Shown here: in pieces, positions 28,690-39,151 of the stretch
Position numbering within the stretch: the first letter of the stretch is position 1
Layout of the letters: each line of letters starts with the position of its first letter
Virus record (IMG/VR): IMGVR_UViG_3300036901_000095
Span: 1-59,277 of that record
DNA length: 59,277 nucleotides
Direction: 5' to 3' (one strand)
Source of the DNA: a virus
Lineage: Duplodnaviria > Caudoviricetes
Translations under genes and position numbers: made by a program
The notes under the pieces: generated by a model
Told to the model about the DNA's origin: nothing
The model's input: the letters and a program-made list of their open reading frames with translations, nothing else
Database searches by the model: none

Positions 28690-29632
28690 TTTAATGCCGT
28701 TTTCAATGCCTCGCGAACGGAGGCGAACATGATGGGTGGTTTGCGTTTGGCCTTGTCCTGGTCGGCCAGCCGATTGGCGTCGAACGCGGTCATGAATTTG
28801 GACTTCGGAGACGGTCCACTGATGCCGCACCGGCCATGCTTTCGACTGCCAATGCCTCTTGTCTTGAGTTGCATCCTCCAGTAGTATTCTCCATCAGGTG
28901 AATTTGTCAATCTTTGGTGACATCTAATGGTCAGAAGCACTCCGATACCGGCGACCCGCGGCCCATGCGGCGTGAACCTGAACATGGCGACCGGCCTGGG
29001 TGGTGCCACGCCAAGTCCTGGCGATTGCACCATCTGTATTACCTGCGACACCATCCTGCTGTTCGACGACAATCTGCTCCTGCATCGAGCGTCGAAGGAA
29101 GAAATCGAAACAATTCCTGATGAGATCAAGGCGTGTTACGCCAAGTACATAGCGTTCAAGAAAACCCATCCATTACCTAACACACGGACGATGAAACATT
29201 AATTGGCTGGTGGTTCAATCTTGTTCCGTTTTTCCCGGAACATACGGCCCATGACATGAAAAACCTGGTTCCAGATACCGAACAATTTCAGCACACGATC
29301 CAATACGAATAGGCCGCCTTCCAGCAACCCCCACATGGCTGCCGCACAGAACGTCATGAGACCCAGCCACCAGAGCGCGATGTTGATCATCTAGTGTCTC
29401 GTGGTAGTACGTTTCAGTTCATCAAAGATCGTTCTGGTGTTCCCAATTTTGGTTCGGTTCCTCTCATCAAGTGTGATCTCACCATCGGTCGAGAGCGCCT
29501 TGAGGATTTCCTCCTCGGTTTCGAGCAGGCATCCTTCGAGGCTATAATGTCTGATGCCATTCATCAACGCGGCGCGCACGGACGCGACCAGGAGCAGCCC
29601 TTGTTCGAAAGTATCCATAATCCACTCCTATG

Positions 29633-29665
29633 AAAAGGGCGGCGAATCCTCCGACCTCGCCGCCC
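29633..29665 (-). terminator. intrinsic terminator
   Basis: 9-bp stem GGGCGGCGA/TCGCCGCCC followed by TTTT on the minus strand. Confidence 0.7.
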
Positions 29666-30474
29666 AGTTCATTGTTGAATTCACATCAGATTAGGTGGCC
29701 ACTTCGGTGCCACTTGTAGGCTTCATGCCATGCCGAAGTCATGGCCCGCATGCGTGACGGTCACTGTAATCAAGTATCTCGAAAGGTCAATGGTCAGCCA
29801 TCGGATCAAATCTTCGGCAGCTTTTCGGGGACGTTTATTCCGATATGCGTCGGAAGCTCACCATTCAGGTGGTTGATGTGAACACCTACGTTCCGATGGC
29901 CGAAAACAACTTCGACGATGCTCTGGCCATCAACACTAACATAAACTCCGCTGTCGCCTTGCGTCTGGGCGACACGAACATCCATATCGTGCGATCTGAA
30001 ACTAAAATTCGACATTTCTTATCTCCTTATCACCAGATGGCGGGGTCGGTTCCTTCGATTTCCTCGATCAGTGGCGTCAGTCGGGCGATCAGATCGCGCG
30101 CCTCGACCGTGGTCAGCGCGAACGCGACGACCGCTTCGTTCGTCCACTTGAATTCCAACCAGCCATCACTGGTGATACAGACTTCCAGCAGACCATCGTC
30201 GGTTTCTATCAGATTGTCGGCGGGTTCAGCGTAACCAAATTAAACATGAATTATTCTCCAGTGTGATTGTCGGGTATTTCGAAAAATATCTTCGGCTGTG
30301 GCATCGATTCATTTTGAAAGTCACCATTTTCATCGAAGTACCATGTCATGCCGTCGCTTTTGTCGGTTTCATCGGGCATGATCGGAGCGTCATAGATCAC
30401 CACTGGTGGAGCGGCGGGAATTTCCGTTGGTGATACCGACGCCAGCAGGCCCATCAGCAATATGATGCCGCTCA

Positions 30475-31083
30475 TCAGCCGACCGTCTTGACGCCGAGCA
30501 CGACTCTCGCCTTGTCCGACGACATGAGCGGGACCCGCGTCGCCAGTACCGAGGCCGGAACCGGTTTGAAATTCAGCTTGTGCACTGATTTGGTGACCGG
30601 TGCCTTCAGAAGTTGCGTGACCAGCGCCTCGATGGCCGGTGCCAGCGAGATGGCGGCTTCCACCACCGCGACAATCGCCAGCGAACCTGGCACTGTCGCC
30701 GCCACGACACCGGCAATCGCGGCCACGACATTCAATACCAGATTGATGTCCTGTTCAGCGGAAGCCAGATTGGTGATGGCGACCGGCGTGGTGCTGACGA
30801 GGCCGATGAGCAACTTGATCGCGATGTCCAACCAGCCAGTACCCGCCGCGTTGGTGAGGTCGGAGACCGGCACCACGTTGGCCGCGCCGTTCAGTGTGAG
30901 GATGTTGGGGAACAATGTCGCGATGGCGGCGGCGTCGGTCTTCAATGAGGTGGCGATGCCCAGCGCGTCGGCGATGGCCTGACTGATGGTCAGCGGCGCG
31001 GTGGTAGAACAGGCGGTCAACGCGGTGACCGCGACGATACTGGCGGTGGATGACAGGAATAATGCCCGGCGTGATAGCTGCAT
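30475..31083 (-). CDS. Tat-exported lipoprotein, late promoter
   Basis: MQLSRRALFL...LTAC lipobox; TATAAATA at 31108-31115 (-). Confidence 0.65.
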   Translation of the reverse strand: MQLSRRALFLSSTASIVAVTALTACSTTAPLTISQAIADALGIATSLKTDAAAIATLFPNILTLNGAANVVPVSDLTNAAGTGWLDIAIKLLIGLVSTTPVAITNLASAEQDINLVLNVVAAIAGVVAATVPGSLAIVAVVEAAISLAPAIEALVTQLLKAPVTKSVHKLNFKPVPASVLATRVPLMSSDKARVVLGVKTVG

Positions 31084-31179
31084 GATATGTCCTTCAGGAA
31101 TATCCAATATTTATACCCGCTAACGTTGGGCTAAAGCAACGTTATAAACCATGGATTTAAATCAGCCATAAATACTGGT

Positions 31180-31608
31180 ATGCCAGTCATTCCGCCTCCC
31201 AAACGATACTTCGTTGGTTTCAGTACCCAGAATTCCGCGAAAACTCATGTCACCACGTTGTATGACATCGACCTGATCAACGTCGATTTGATGACCGCTT
31301 TTCAGACACGGGTTGGCGAGCGCCTCATGCGGCCGGATTACGGCTGTCTGTTGTGGAATTATCTGATGGAGCCATGGACCACTGAATTATCCAACGACAT
31401 CATCGCCGAAGTGAACCGCATCTGCGGCCTGGACAGTCGGGTGGTGATCGTGACCTCCCAGGTGTATCAGCAGAATTTTGGTTTCCAGATCAACATGACA
31501 CTGCAATATTTGCCGTGGCTGGTCATCCAGTCGTTCACCGTCAACTTTGAAAATAATGAAACCATCTATTTTGATTCCACGCCAAATACAACTAATTTGA
31601 TAGGATAA
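31180..31608 (+). CDS. gp25: baseplate wedge subunit (gp25-like)
   Basis: TRVGERLMRPDYGC..W..LMEP, DSRV. Confidence 0.88.
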   Translation: MPVIPPPKRYFVGFSTQNSAKTHVTTLYDIDLINVDLMTAFQTRVGERLMRPDYGCLLWNYLMEPWTTELSNDIIAEVNRICGLDSRVVIVTSQVYQQNFGFQINMTLQYLPWLVIQSFTVNFENNETIYFDSTPNTTNLIG

Positions 31609-31613
31609 CGAAA

Positions 31614-32090
31614 ATGTCGTGTGTCGTTTGCAGATTGACCGGTCAGTTCATCGTGAATTTTCTCAACCTCGCGGATCACGCGCTCAATTTTCTGTTGCTG
31701 GGCGATTCCGACGAAACCGTGTCGGCGCGCACCGCCCGCGCCCGCAACGCCGGACAGAAATGGGCGGCATGGGCGTGTGCTACGCTGACCTTTCTGGCAA
31801 AACTCACAACTTTTGGAAAGTCCACCCAGGATCATTGTGATTATGCTCTCGACAAGTCGATTCGTCCCAACAGCGGGGAAATCTGGAACTGGTCGCTCAA
31901 CGAAATCAACATCATCCCGATCAGTGAGGTGATTGTCATAGATAACGGATCGGTGGCGACATCGTCTGATGGCGCACGTGCGCTGGCTCAGGCTAGCGGA
32001 CAGATGCTGCTCATAAAACTACGAAATCCATCCGATCAGCAATTTCTCCGGCCCACGTCCACCTACATCATACGAGAAAACGTTAAATAG
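31614..32090 (+). CDS. conserved phage protein (DETxSxR...DHC family)
   Basis: DHALNFLLLGDSDETVSART...QDHC. Confidence 0.6.
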   Translation: MSCVVCRLTGQFIVNFLNLADHALNFLLLGDSDETVSARTARARNAGQKWAAWACATLTFLAKLTTFGKSTQDHCDYALDKSIRPNSGEIWNWSLNEINIIPISEVIVIDNGSVATSSDGARALAQASGQMLLIKLRNPSDQQFLRPTSTYIIRENVK

Positions 32091-32108
32091 GCACCAGAGG
32101 TATCATTC

Positions 32109-32570
32109 ATGTCCGCGCTTTTATTCACTCCCTACATATCCACCGTTCTGACATTTGGCACCGCGTTGACTGGTGTCACGTCTGGTAGCTACTCGGTTCC
32201 GAGTGCGCTCTATGACAATTCTCCCACCGGTCAGCAAATGCGCGCCAACGCCACGCTGCTGTTGACCTTCGGCACGCCATTGACCGCTGGTTCCGGATCA
32301 CCCTATGTCGGGCTTTATCCCATGTCATTACCCGATGGCACGACGTATCCAAATCCTCCCGGCAACGCCGCAGCCGCCCCCTCGCCGAACGCCTACGAGG
32401 TGGTCGTGCAGGTTGTCGCCTCGGCCAATTACTCAGCGTTGATATTCCCCAACATTCAGCTTCTGCCAACCAAATTCGCCTTCAGTCTGTATAACAACTC
32501 GGGCGTCAACTGGTCGGGTGGCGGCACCATCACGGCGACGCTGTTCACCTATTCTCCGGATTACTATTGA
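32109..32570 (+). CDS. putative virion beta-sandwich protein
   Basis: Thr/Ser/Gly/Pro-rich; within the late baseplate operon. Confidence 0.5.
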   Translation: MSALLFTPYISTVLTFGTALTGVTSGSYSVPSALYDNSPTGQQMRANATLLLTFGTPLTAGSGSPYVGLYPMSLPDGTTYPNPPGNAAAAPSPNAYEVVVQVVASANYSALIFPNIQLLPTKFAFSLYNNSGVNWSGGGTITATLFTYSPDYY

Positions 32571-33199
32571 TGCTGGATCGTGCCGACCCACTCAATGTCG
32601 GATTGCAGGCATGGTGGCCGCTCGGTGGCAATGGCAACGAAACGACCAGTCGTTATCCCGCCGTAGCTAATGGCAACACGACATCGCCTTCGATGTTTGG
32701 TCCAACCTACTACTTCGATGGGTCATCGAAATATCTTACCGTCTCGACATTTCCCGTTCTCTCGACACCGCTGACCGTCAGCGTGTGGGTCTATCCGACC
32801 AGTCTGTCACAAAGCTCGAATGGTGGTGGATCAGGTGGCACGATCCTGACATCCAACACCACTGGCAACACCAGTGGCTGGTCGTTTGGTCTGGAATACA
32901 CCTACAAGATGTGGTTCTGGCCAGCCGGGGGCGCTGATCAGCGCAGCACCAGTCTGGTCAGCCTGAATACCTGGAACCATGTCGCGGTCACCGTGGGAAG
33001 CGGCTCGGTCAGTTTTTATCTGAACGGCGTGTTCAGCAACACCACGACGATGACCGCGCCCCAAGTCCCGACCTTCCTTGAGATCGGTACCGTAAGCTGG
33101 ATCACCGGCTACATGGAAGGCCAGATGGCGCATTTGCGTTTGCATAACCGAGCGCTGACCTGGGCGGAAATCCAACGACTTTATTTCCTCGAAGGTTGA
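32567..33199 (+). CDS. LamG/concanavalin A-like domain protein
   Basis: FDGSS, TVSVWVYP, WNHVAVT, FYLNG, HNRALT..EI..LY. Confidence 0.85.
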   Translation: MMLDRADPLNVGLQAWWPLGGNGNETTSRYPAVANGNTTSPSMFGPTYYFDGSSKYLTVSTFPVLSTPLTVSVWVYPTSLSQSSNGGGSGGTILTSNTTGNTSGWSFGLEYTYKMWFWPAGGADQRSTSLVSLNTWNHVAVTVGSGSVSFYLNGVFSNTTTMTAPQVPTFLEIGTVSWITGYMEGQMAHLRLHNRALTWAEIQRLYFLEG

Positions 33200-33255
33200 A
33201 TTATAGCACGCCTTAATCAGTCCATAAATAGACTGTATTTAAAGAGGATAACAAT

Positions 33256-36200
33256 ATGTCAGCAACTGAACGCCAAACCGATCTATTCGCTGGCGAGTTA
33301 TGGACGGTTCTGTATCAGGCGTTCCCCAGCATAAATTTCAACGCGAGCGATCCGGTATCGATAAATCAGGCTCTGCAAAATTATCTGCAAATAAATTATC
33401 CAGAGAACTTTAACGATTGGATTATTAGTTCTGAATTCGTCGCCATCATCGATCTGTTGTCGTGGCTGGCCGGAACGCTGGCGTTCAAAACCGACATCGC
33501 CGCGCGAGAGAATTTTCTCGACACTGCGGAAGCCAAGGAAAGTGTCCTGCGGCTCGCTCGCTTCCTGTCCTACAATCCCAGCCGCTGCCAGACTGCCTCT
33601 GGCATCCTCAAGATCACCGCCGTCAGCACCAACAATGATGTCTACGACAGTTTTGGCAATGACCTCATCAATACCACGATCAACTGGAATGATCCCAACA
33701 ACGCCAACTGGTTTGAACAATTCACTTACGTGATGAACGACGCCTTCGTCACCACCAATCCGTTCGGCGTGCCGTTGAGTCAGGGCACCGTCTCCAGCAT
33801 CGCCACCCAACTGTATCGCGTCAACGGTCTGACCAGCAATGATACTCTGGGATTTTCCTCGACCGTCAGTGGCGTCGCCATGGACTTCGAGGTCTGTGAC
33901 GGTGATTTCCTCAGTGGGGGAACTCTGTTCGAACGTGATCCAAATCCAAACGTCAACGCGTTTCAGTTATATTATCTCAACGACAACAACGGATATTCGA
34001 GCAGCAGAACGGGTTTCTTCCTGCTGTTCAAACAAGGCTCGACACAAAGTCAGACCTTCAATATCTCGATTCCGATTGAAAATCAGTTGCTCAGCATCGC
34101 CGTGCAGAACATCAATCAGACCGATGTCTGGGTGGACACCGTGGATGACAGTGGCAACGTGCTGATCGACTGGACCATGGTTCCGGCGATCTTCAATTCG
34201 AACGTGACCTACAACAGCATTCCGATCAATCAACGAAATATCTTCTCGGTGATCACCGGCACCAATGATCAGATCACCGTCCGGTTCTCCGATGGCCGGT
34301 TCGGCAACGCGCCGTCCGGCAATGTCAAGGTCGCCTACCGAGTATCGAATGGCCTATCCTATCAGATCAAGGCTCAGGAAATCAACAACGTACAATTACC
34401 GGTGCAGTACATCAACAGTGTCACGGGCGCGACCCAGACCTTGACCATCACCTTCGGCTTGTTCGAGGCGGTGTCGAATTCGGCGGCGTCCGAGACCATT
34501 GAATCGATCAGACAACGGGCTCCAAGGGTTTACGGCACGCAGGGTCGCATGGTGTCCGGCGAGGATTACAACGCCTTCCCGCTGTCCACCAATCTGGCGG
34601 TCAAGATCAACGCCGTGAACCGGGTCTATTCCGGCCAGTCGCGCTACATCGATCTGCATGACCCGACCGGCACCTATCAGGATTTGTCGATCTTCGCGGA
34701 AGATGGCATTCTGTTTCGCGAGGCGCGGGACAGTTATTTTGAAATCCCCAGCAGTCTCAATCAGACGAATTCCCAGATCATCTCCGGCTACATTCAACCG
34801 GTCATCACGCAGTATACCATCTCCAATGTGATCCGCGACGTTTTGTTGCAGAACACCAACTATGTGACAAGTACGTTTCCAACCCTTCAATGGTCGGGCG
34901 GCATGATCGATGTGTCCCCGCAAGGACTGATCTGGACCACGTCGAACGCCAATCTGTTTCAGACCACCGGTTGGTTCTCGCAGACGCAGAATCTCATCCA
35001 ACCCGGCAGCATCGTGCAATTCAACATCGCTGGCGTGCCGACCTGGGTGGCCGTCATCGACATCCAGCCGCCGATCAACACGGTGCCGCTCACCGACGCG
35101 GCGGGACCGGTCACCCTCGGCCAGGAGGTTCCCAGTGGTTCGTTGGTGCTGGCCATTCTGCCATCCGCCACGGTGCAACCATCCGCCGTGCTCACCACCG
35201 TGCTGACGCAAATGAACCTGAAGTTATCATATTCATTGTGGTATGATTACTCGAATGGCAACTCGACGAACGGCCCGGTATGGGTGATGAATGCTCCGGC
35301 CAGTGACTTTGGCACGCCGGAGCCCGCCTTGGTCGGCACGCAACTGCAAATCATGAACGTGAATTACATTGGCGGCATCTGGCGCATCACCGCGCAGGGC
35401 CTGAATTACGTGTTCGAGAGCGTTTCTGATGTGGAATGGTTCTTCAATGGCAATACGGCACTGGCTGCGGCCACCGGAGAAGCCGATCTCGATCTCATCC
35501 GGGTGATGCGGATCAATCGCAATTTGAATGACGTTCGGGGCTACGCGTTCAGCAAGGACTACTATTTCACGCAGGATCGGATGTGGTCCTACCCGGATGG
35601 CACCGAGGAAGCACGCCGTTGCGTCGTGCTGTTGAATGACAGCACCGGAGACGGCTATCCGGACGCGCCCGACACCTTGTACGCCGTCATGTCGAGCATC
35701 GAACAGAACAATTATCTGTTCTGGTCGAACGCGGCGAATCCACCCTATGATCTGCCGCTCTACACCGTGGTCATTTACGACACCAACACCTTGTTGCAGG
35801 CGGACAGCACTCAGGTGATTGGCACCGTTGGCTTTCAGGTGACCTCCACCGAGACCTTTCTGAGCGATGAAACATTTTGGGTCTACAATGGCACGATATG
35901 GCAACAGGATTTGAACGCGGTCTACCGCATGGAGCGTGGTCGAGGCCCCAATGTCGGTGCGTCCTGGGTGACCAGAGACGGCGTATTGGTGCCAAGCGGT
36001 GACGAACTTGTTTTCCAATGGAAACATTACGCCGAATCCGATCATCGCATCGATCCGTGTACCACCAACATCATTGATATTTTCGTACTGACCTATTCCT
36101 ATGATAGCGCGATCCGGCAATGGATCACCGCTGGCGCGGTGGTCGCCAACATGCCGACAGCGCCATCGGAGCTTGATCTGAGCATCGCGTTTTCGGCGCT

Positions 36201-36639
36201 CAGCCAGTATCAGATGTTCTCGGACACCATCATCTGGCGACCTGTTAGTTATAAACTCTTGTTCGGCAACGGGGCTGATCCGGAACTGATGGCGCAATTC
36301 AAGGTCGTTCGTCTGGTCAACGCCACGATTTCAGATGGCCAGATTCAGAGCGGCGTGATCACCGCCATCAATACGTTTTTCGCGGTCTCCAACTGGGATT
36401 TTGGCGAGACCTTCTATTACACCGAACTCGCGGCCTATATTCATCAGCAGATGGTTGGCATGATCAGTTCGGTGGTGTTGGTGCCCTTGGCGGCGGACTC
36501 GGCGTTCGGCAATAACTTCGAGACTTCCTGTGATCCGGATGAGATTTTCATTTCGACGGCGACGGTTTCCAATGTGACGATCATCACCTCGAACACGGCG
36601 ACCAATCTGCGGATCAACGCCTCGCCTTTGGGTTCCTGA
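33256..36639 (+). CDS. gp6: baseplate wedge protein (gp6-like)
   Basis: FNDWI.SSEF, RENFLDTAE, FSDGRFGNAP, ETIESIRQRAP...QGRMVSGEDY, WDFGETFY. Confidence 0.88.
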   Translation: MSATERQTDLFAGELWTVLYQAFPSINFNASDPVSINQALQNYLQINYPENFNDWIISSEFVAIIDLLSWLAGTLAFKTDIAARENFLDTAEAKESVLRLARFLSYNPSRCQTASGILKITAVSTNNDVYDSFGNDLINTTINWNDPNNANWFEQFTYVMNDAFVTTNPFGVPLSQGTVSSIATQLYRVNGLTSNDTLGFSSTVSGVAMDFEVCDGDFLSGGTLFERDPNPNVNAFQLYYLNDNNGYSSSRTGFFLLFKQGSTQSQTFNISIPIENQLLSIAVQNINQTDVWVDTVDDSGNVLIDWTMVPAIFNSNVTYNSIPINQRNIFSVITGTNDQITVRFSDGRFGNAPSGNVKVAYRVSNGLSYQIKAQEINNVQLPVQYINSVTGATQTLTITFGLFEAVSNSAASETIESIRQRAPRVYGTQGRMVSGEDYNAFPLSTNLAVKINAVNRVYSGQSRYIDLHDPTGTYQDLSIFAEDGILFREARDSYFEIPSSLNQTNSQIISGYIQPVITQYTISNVIRDVLLQNTNYVTSTFPTLQWSGGMIDVSPQGLIWTTSNANLFQTTGWFSQTQNLIQPGSIVQFNIAGVPTWVAVIDIQPPINTVPLTDAAGPVTLGQEVPSGSLVLAILPSATVQPSAVLTTVLTQMNLKLSYSLWYDYSNGNSTNGPVWVMNAPASDFGTPEPALVGTQLQIMNVNYIGGIWRITAQGLNYVFESVSDVEWFFNGNTALAAATGEADLDLIRVMRINRNLNDVRGYAFSKDYYFTQDRMWSYPDGTEEARRCVVLLNDSTGDGYPDAPDTLYAVMSSIEQNNYLFWSNAANPPYDLPLYTVVIYDTNTLLQADSTQVIGTVGFQVTSTETFLSDETFWVYNGTIWQQDLNAVYRMERGRGPNVGASWVTRDGVLVPSGDELVFQWKHYAESDHRIDPCTTNIIDIFVLTYSYDSAIRQWITAGAVVANMPTAPSELDLSIAFSALSQYQMFSDTIIWRPVSYKLLFGNGADPELMAQFKVVRLVNATISDGQIQSGVITAINTFFAVSNWDFGETFYYTELAAYIHQQMVGMISSVVLVPLAADSAFGNNFETSCDPDEIFISTATVSNVTIITSNTATNLRINASPLGS

Positions 36640-37111
36640 CTTTTATCTTTTGAATTGACAGGATGGAGGCGGGATTCCAGATGCATCCGCTGGCGCAGTC
36701 CCATGTGAAGTGCCAGGTGAGCAGATTGATCGGACTATCGGTGTATTTTTCCCATGGCGTGATGATCAAACCATCATAGCGTTTGGCTACGTCAACCCAT
36801 GGAAATGGGTGGAACGCCACGTCTTGCAGATTGTCTAGCGTGGTTCCCAGAAATTCGCATACGAATGTCTCGATTTCTTTCACGGTACGCATGATCAACA
36901 CATTGTGACTACGAAACAGACGAATCTCGTAGGCGTGCTTGAATGAGAAATTGGACATCCATCGCAGACTGGTCCCCTTCACATAGTCGGGCCAGGTCAT
37001 GTCCATACTGTCATCGGATACCCACAATCCCCTTGGCTTGTGTTGCCATGGCTGTTGCTCGATCTCGATGATGGGAGGCAGTGGATCGCCCGTGTAGTGG
37101 ACCAGTTTCAT
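36614..37111 (-). CDS. conserved phage protein (KPxGLW...WD.xS family)
   Basis: MKLVHY, HKPRGLWVS, YDGLII, TWDCASGCIWN. Confidence 0.55.
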   Translation of the reverse strand: MKLVHYTGDPLPPIIEIEQQPWQHKPRGLWVSDDSMDMTWPDYVKGTSLRWMSNFSFKHAYEIRLFRSHNVLIMRTVKEIETFVCEFLGTTLDNLQDVAFHPFPWVDVAKRYDGLIITPWEKYTDSPINLLTWHFTWDCASGCIWNPASILSIQKIKVRNPKARR

Positions 37112-37508
37112 AGAACGCGGTGGTTCCAATCCTCGGAGGTCATGCTCGGAAGACCAAGAAATCCTTTCACCCCAATGCCTTCGACGAACTTTCCATCGCG
37201 AATCAGACGGGCGATCCGCGCGTGATCGGTCATGGCGTCGGCTTCCGAGGTATGCGGGGCATGATAGCGACCCTCGGTGCCGATCTCTCGAAACACCATG
37301 ACTTCGTAAGGCCATGGGGACGTGTCGGCGAAATCGGAATCCTTGATCAGGCTACCAAGCGGTTGATAATCACTGCCGCCACCGGAGAGGGTGCGGATGG
37401 TGCTGATGTTCCAGGTGCCTTGCGGGCCGGTCACGGTCTCATATTTTAGTTGATCACTCATGTTCACATTCTCCGTGAGCGGCAGACTATCTTATCTGTT
37501 GGTCGGCA

Positions 37509-38168
37509 TCAACGCGACAGGGCTTCCGCCGCGTTTTTCATCAGCATCCCACGACCGCCCAAGGTCGCCATGATGGCCTGGTCATGGCTGTCATCATCGA
37601 AATCGAGCGTCATCCTCGCCCAGTCCATGAAATCATCGATCTTGCCATTGGCGGCGTCCTGCAACACGCGCCGGTCGTCCGGACTGCGCGACAGCAAGAG
37701 GAACACGGACTTGAGATCATACGCCTGTTGCTTATTGAGAACGTCCTGGGCGGGTGCCTCAGGCTCGTCATCCGGTATCTCGAAGATCGCGTAGTCTTCG
37801 GGCGTCAGGCTCCTGGCGTAGGCCACCAGCTTGTTCACGGCAGTGCCTTCGATGTCATCGTGCTCGCCGATCATGACCAGGCGGATTTCGTTGGTGATTC
37901 CGTAAATGACGATTGCTTTGCCATGGATCAGATGGACCCTGCGCAGGTTCAGGCGGCTGTCGCGCCAGATATTTCCGGCCAGCTTGGCGTCCTTGTTGCC
38001 GTACGGTTCTTCCACACGGGCGGTCTCACGGAACAACAAGAAATCCTTCAGGTTATTCTTGAAGGACGTGTACTTTTTGGCGAATTTGGGATATTCTTTG
38101 AAAAAGCGTTGGGTGGCGACGACAAGGCGTTTCTGTCCGTCTTCCTCGAATAATTCACTCAGGTTCAT
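37509..38168 (-). CDS. YafQ/RelE-superfamily mRNA-interferase-like protein with capsid-targeting-like N-terminus
   Basis: MNLSELFEE; TQRFFKEY, KDAKLAG, RRVHL, IVIYGI...IRLVMIGEHDD parallel YafQ (T..FkK, DH.L.G, R.CHI, LLIY, L.R.G.H). Confidence 0.6.
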   Translation of the reverse strand: MNLSELFEEDGQKRLVVATQRFFKEYPKFAKKYTSFKNNLKDFLLFRETARVEEPYGNKDAKLAGNIWRDSRLNLRRVHLIHGKAIVIYGITNEIRLVMIGEHDDIEGTAVNKLVAYARSLTPEDYAIFEIPDDEPEAPAQDVLNKQQAYDLKSVFLLLSRSPDDRRVLQDAANGKIDDFMDWARMTLDFDDDSHDQAIMATLGGRGMLMKNAAEALSR

Positions 38169-38328
38169 CGGGCAGGGAATCCAACTTGCGCATGAAGGAT
38201 TCCACGGTGAACTTTTGCTCAGTACCCTCGGTGAGGGTCTCCTGCGCCGCCTCGCGAGCGAGCTTCTGTTCATTGACCTTGCGGCGAATGTCCATGAAGC
38301 GTGCGACGGTGAATCTCCTAAGTGCCAT
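38155..38328 (-). CDS. small antitoxin-like protein (57 aa) overlapping the toxin-like gene
   Basis: MALRRFTVARFM...FTVESFMRKLDSLPDEPE; ACTAAATA at 38346-38353; not in the ORF track. Confidence 0.5.
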   Translation of the reverse strand: MALRRFTVARFMDIRRKVNEQKLAREAAQETLTEGTEQKFTVESFMRKLDSLPDEPE

Positions 38329-38604
38329 GTGAAATGCCTTTCTGATATTTAGTTGCTTCGTGCAGCTTGATCGCCATTTTGAGGGTGACTGGAATCTCGG
38401 CCTTCATGTTTCCGTGGAACGCCCGGATCGCTGTGCCGAGGTCGTCCAGCTTATTCCTGAAATGCGCCCGCAGCAGCCAGACATTCTCCCTGCCGTCGAT
38501 GGTCGACGTTTCCTGTGGGTCGGTCAGACCGAGACGCTTGGCGAGCGTGAATTGAACCTCCGGGGCCAGTCGTCTGAATTGCGCGCCGAGGGCGGCGTGA
38601 TTAC

Positions 38605-38907
38605 TCATTCGGTTTTCGGCTTGACGAGAACGCGGATCGGCGAACCAAACTCGATGCCTCGATACGCGTCCCACAGGTCGTACTGACGTTGCAGATTGAG
38701 CCAGAATTCCGCCGATGAACTCAATGCCTTGGCGAGACGCAACGCCATGTCCGTGGTGATGTTGCGCTTGGCATTGACGATCTGATTGACCGAATAGCGC
38801 GACACGTTGAGGGCGTCGGCCAGCGTCTCCTGCGTGATATCGTTATCCGTCAGCGCCTTCCGCAGCACCTCGCCGGGATGGATTGGTGGGGGCGCGATCT
38901 TATTCAT
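38605..38907 (-). CDS. higA: HigA/VapI family antitoxin (HTH)
   Basis: PIHPGEVL...TQ..LA.AL.VSR..V..IVN....IT.DMALRLA.AL..SAEFWLNLQ..YDL. Confidence 0.9.
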   Translation of the reverse strand: MNKIAPPPIHPGEVLRKALTDNDITQETLADALNVSRYSVNQIVNAKRNITTDMALRLAKALSSSAEFWLNLQRQYDLWDAYRGIEFGSPIRVLVKPKTE

Positions 38908-39151
38908 ATCACCGGCCCATCAGTGAATCCCTCGGCCTGTCCATTGACCGTGACCATGTGGGTATCCCAGCCGATCCGGTCATCGCGACCATAGGGCTCG
39001 ACCTTGACCGTCTCCGGCGTCACCGTGCCGTCCAGCGTCGGCCAGTGCGACCGGCTCTCGCGGATGACTTCCAGCAGATGGGCGAAATCACGGACTTCTT
39101 TGACCGTGGCCATGGAGTCCGCGAGCGTGCCCTTATGTTCGCGATACAGCA

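Noticed and set aside
29667-29700. Hammerhead ribozyme (CTGATG...GAA on the minus strand)
   Set aside because: The core is not CUGANGA...GAAA and the required stems are absent.
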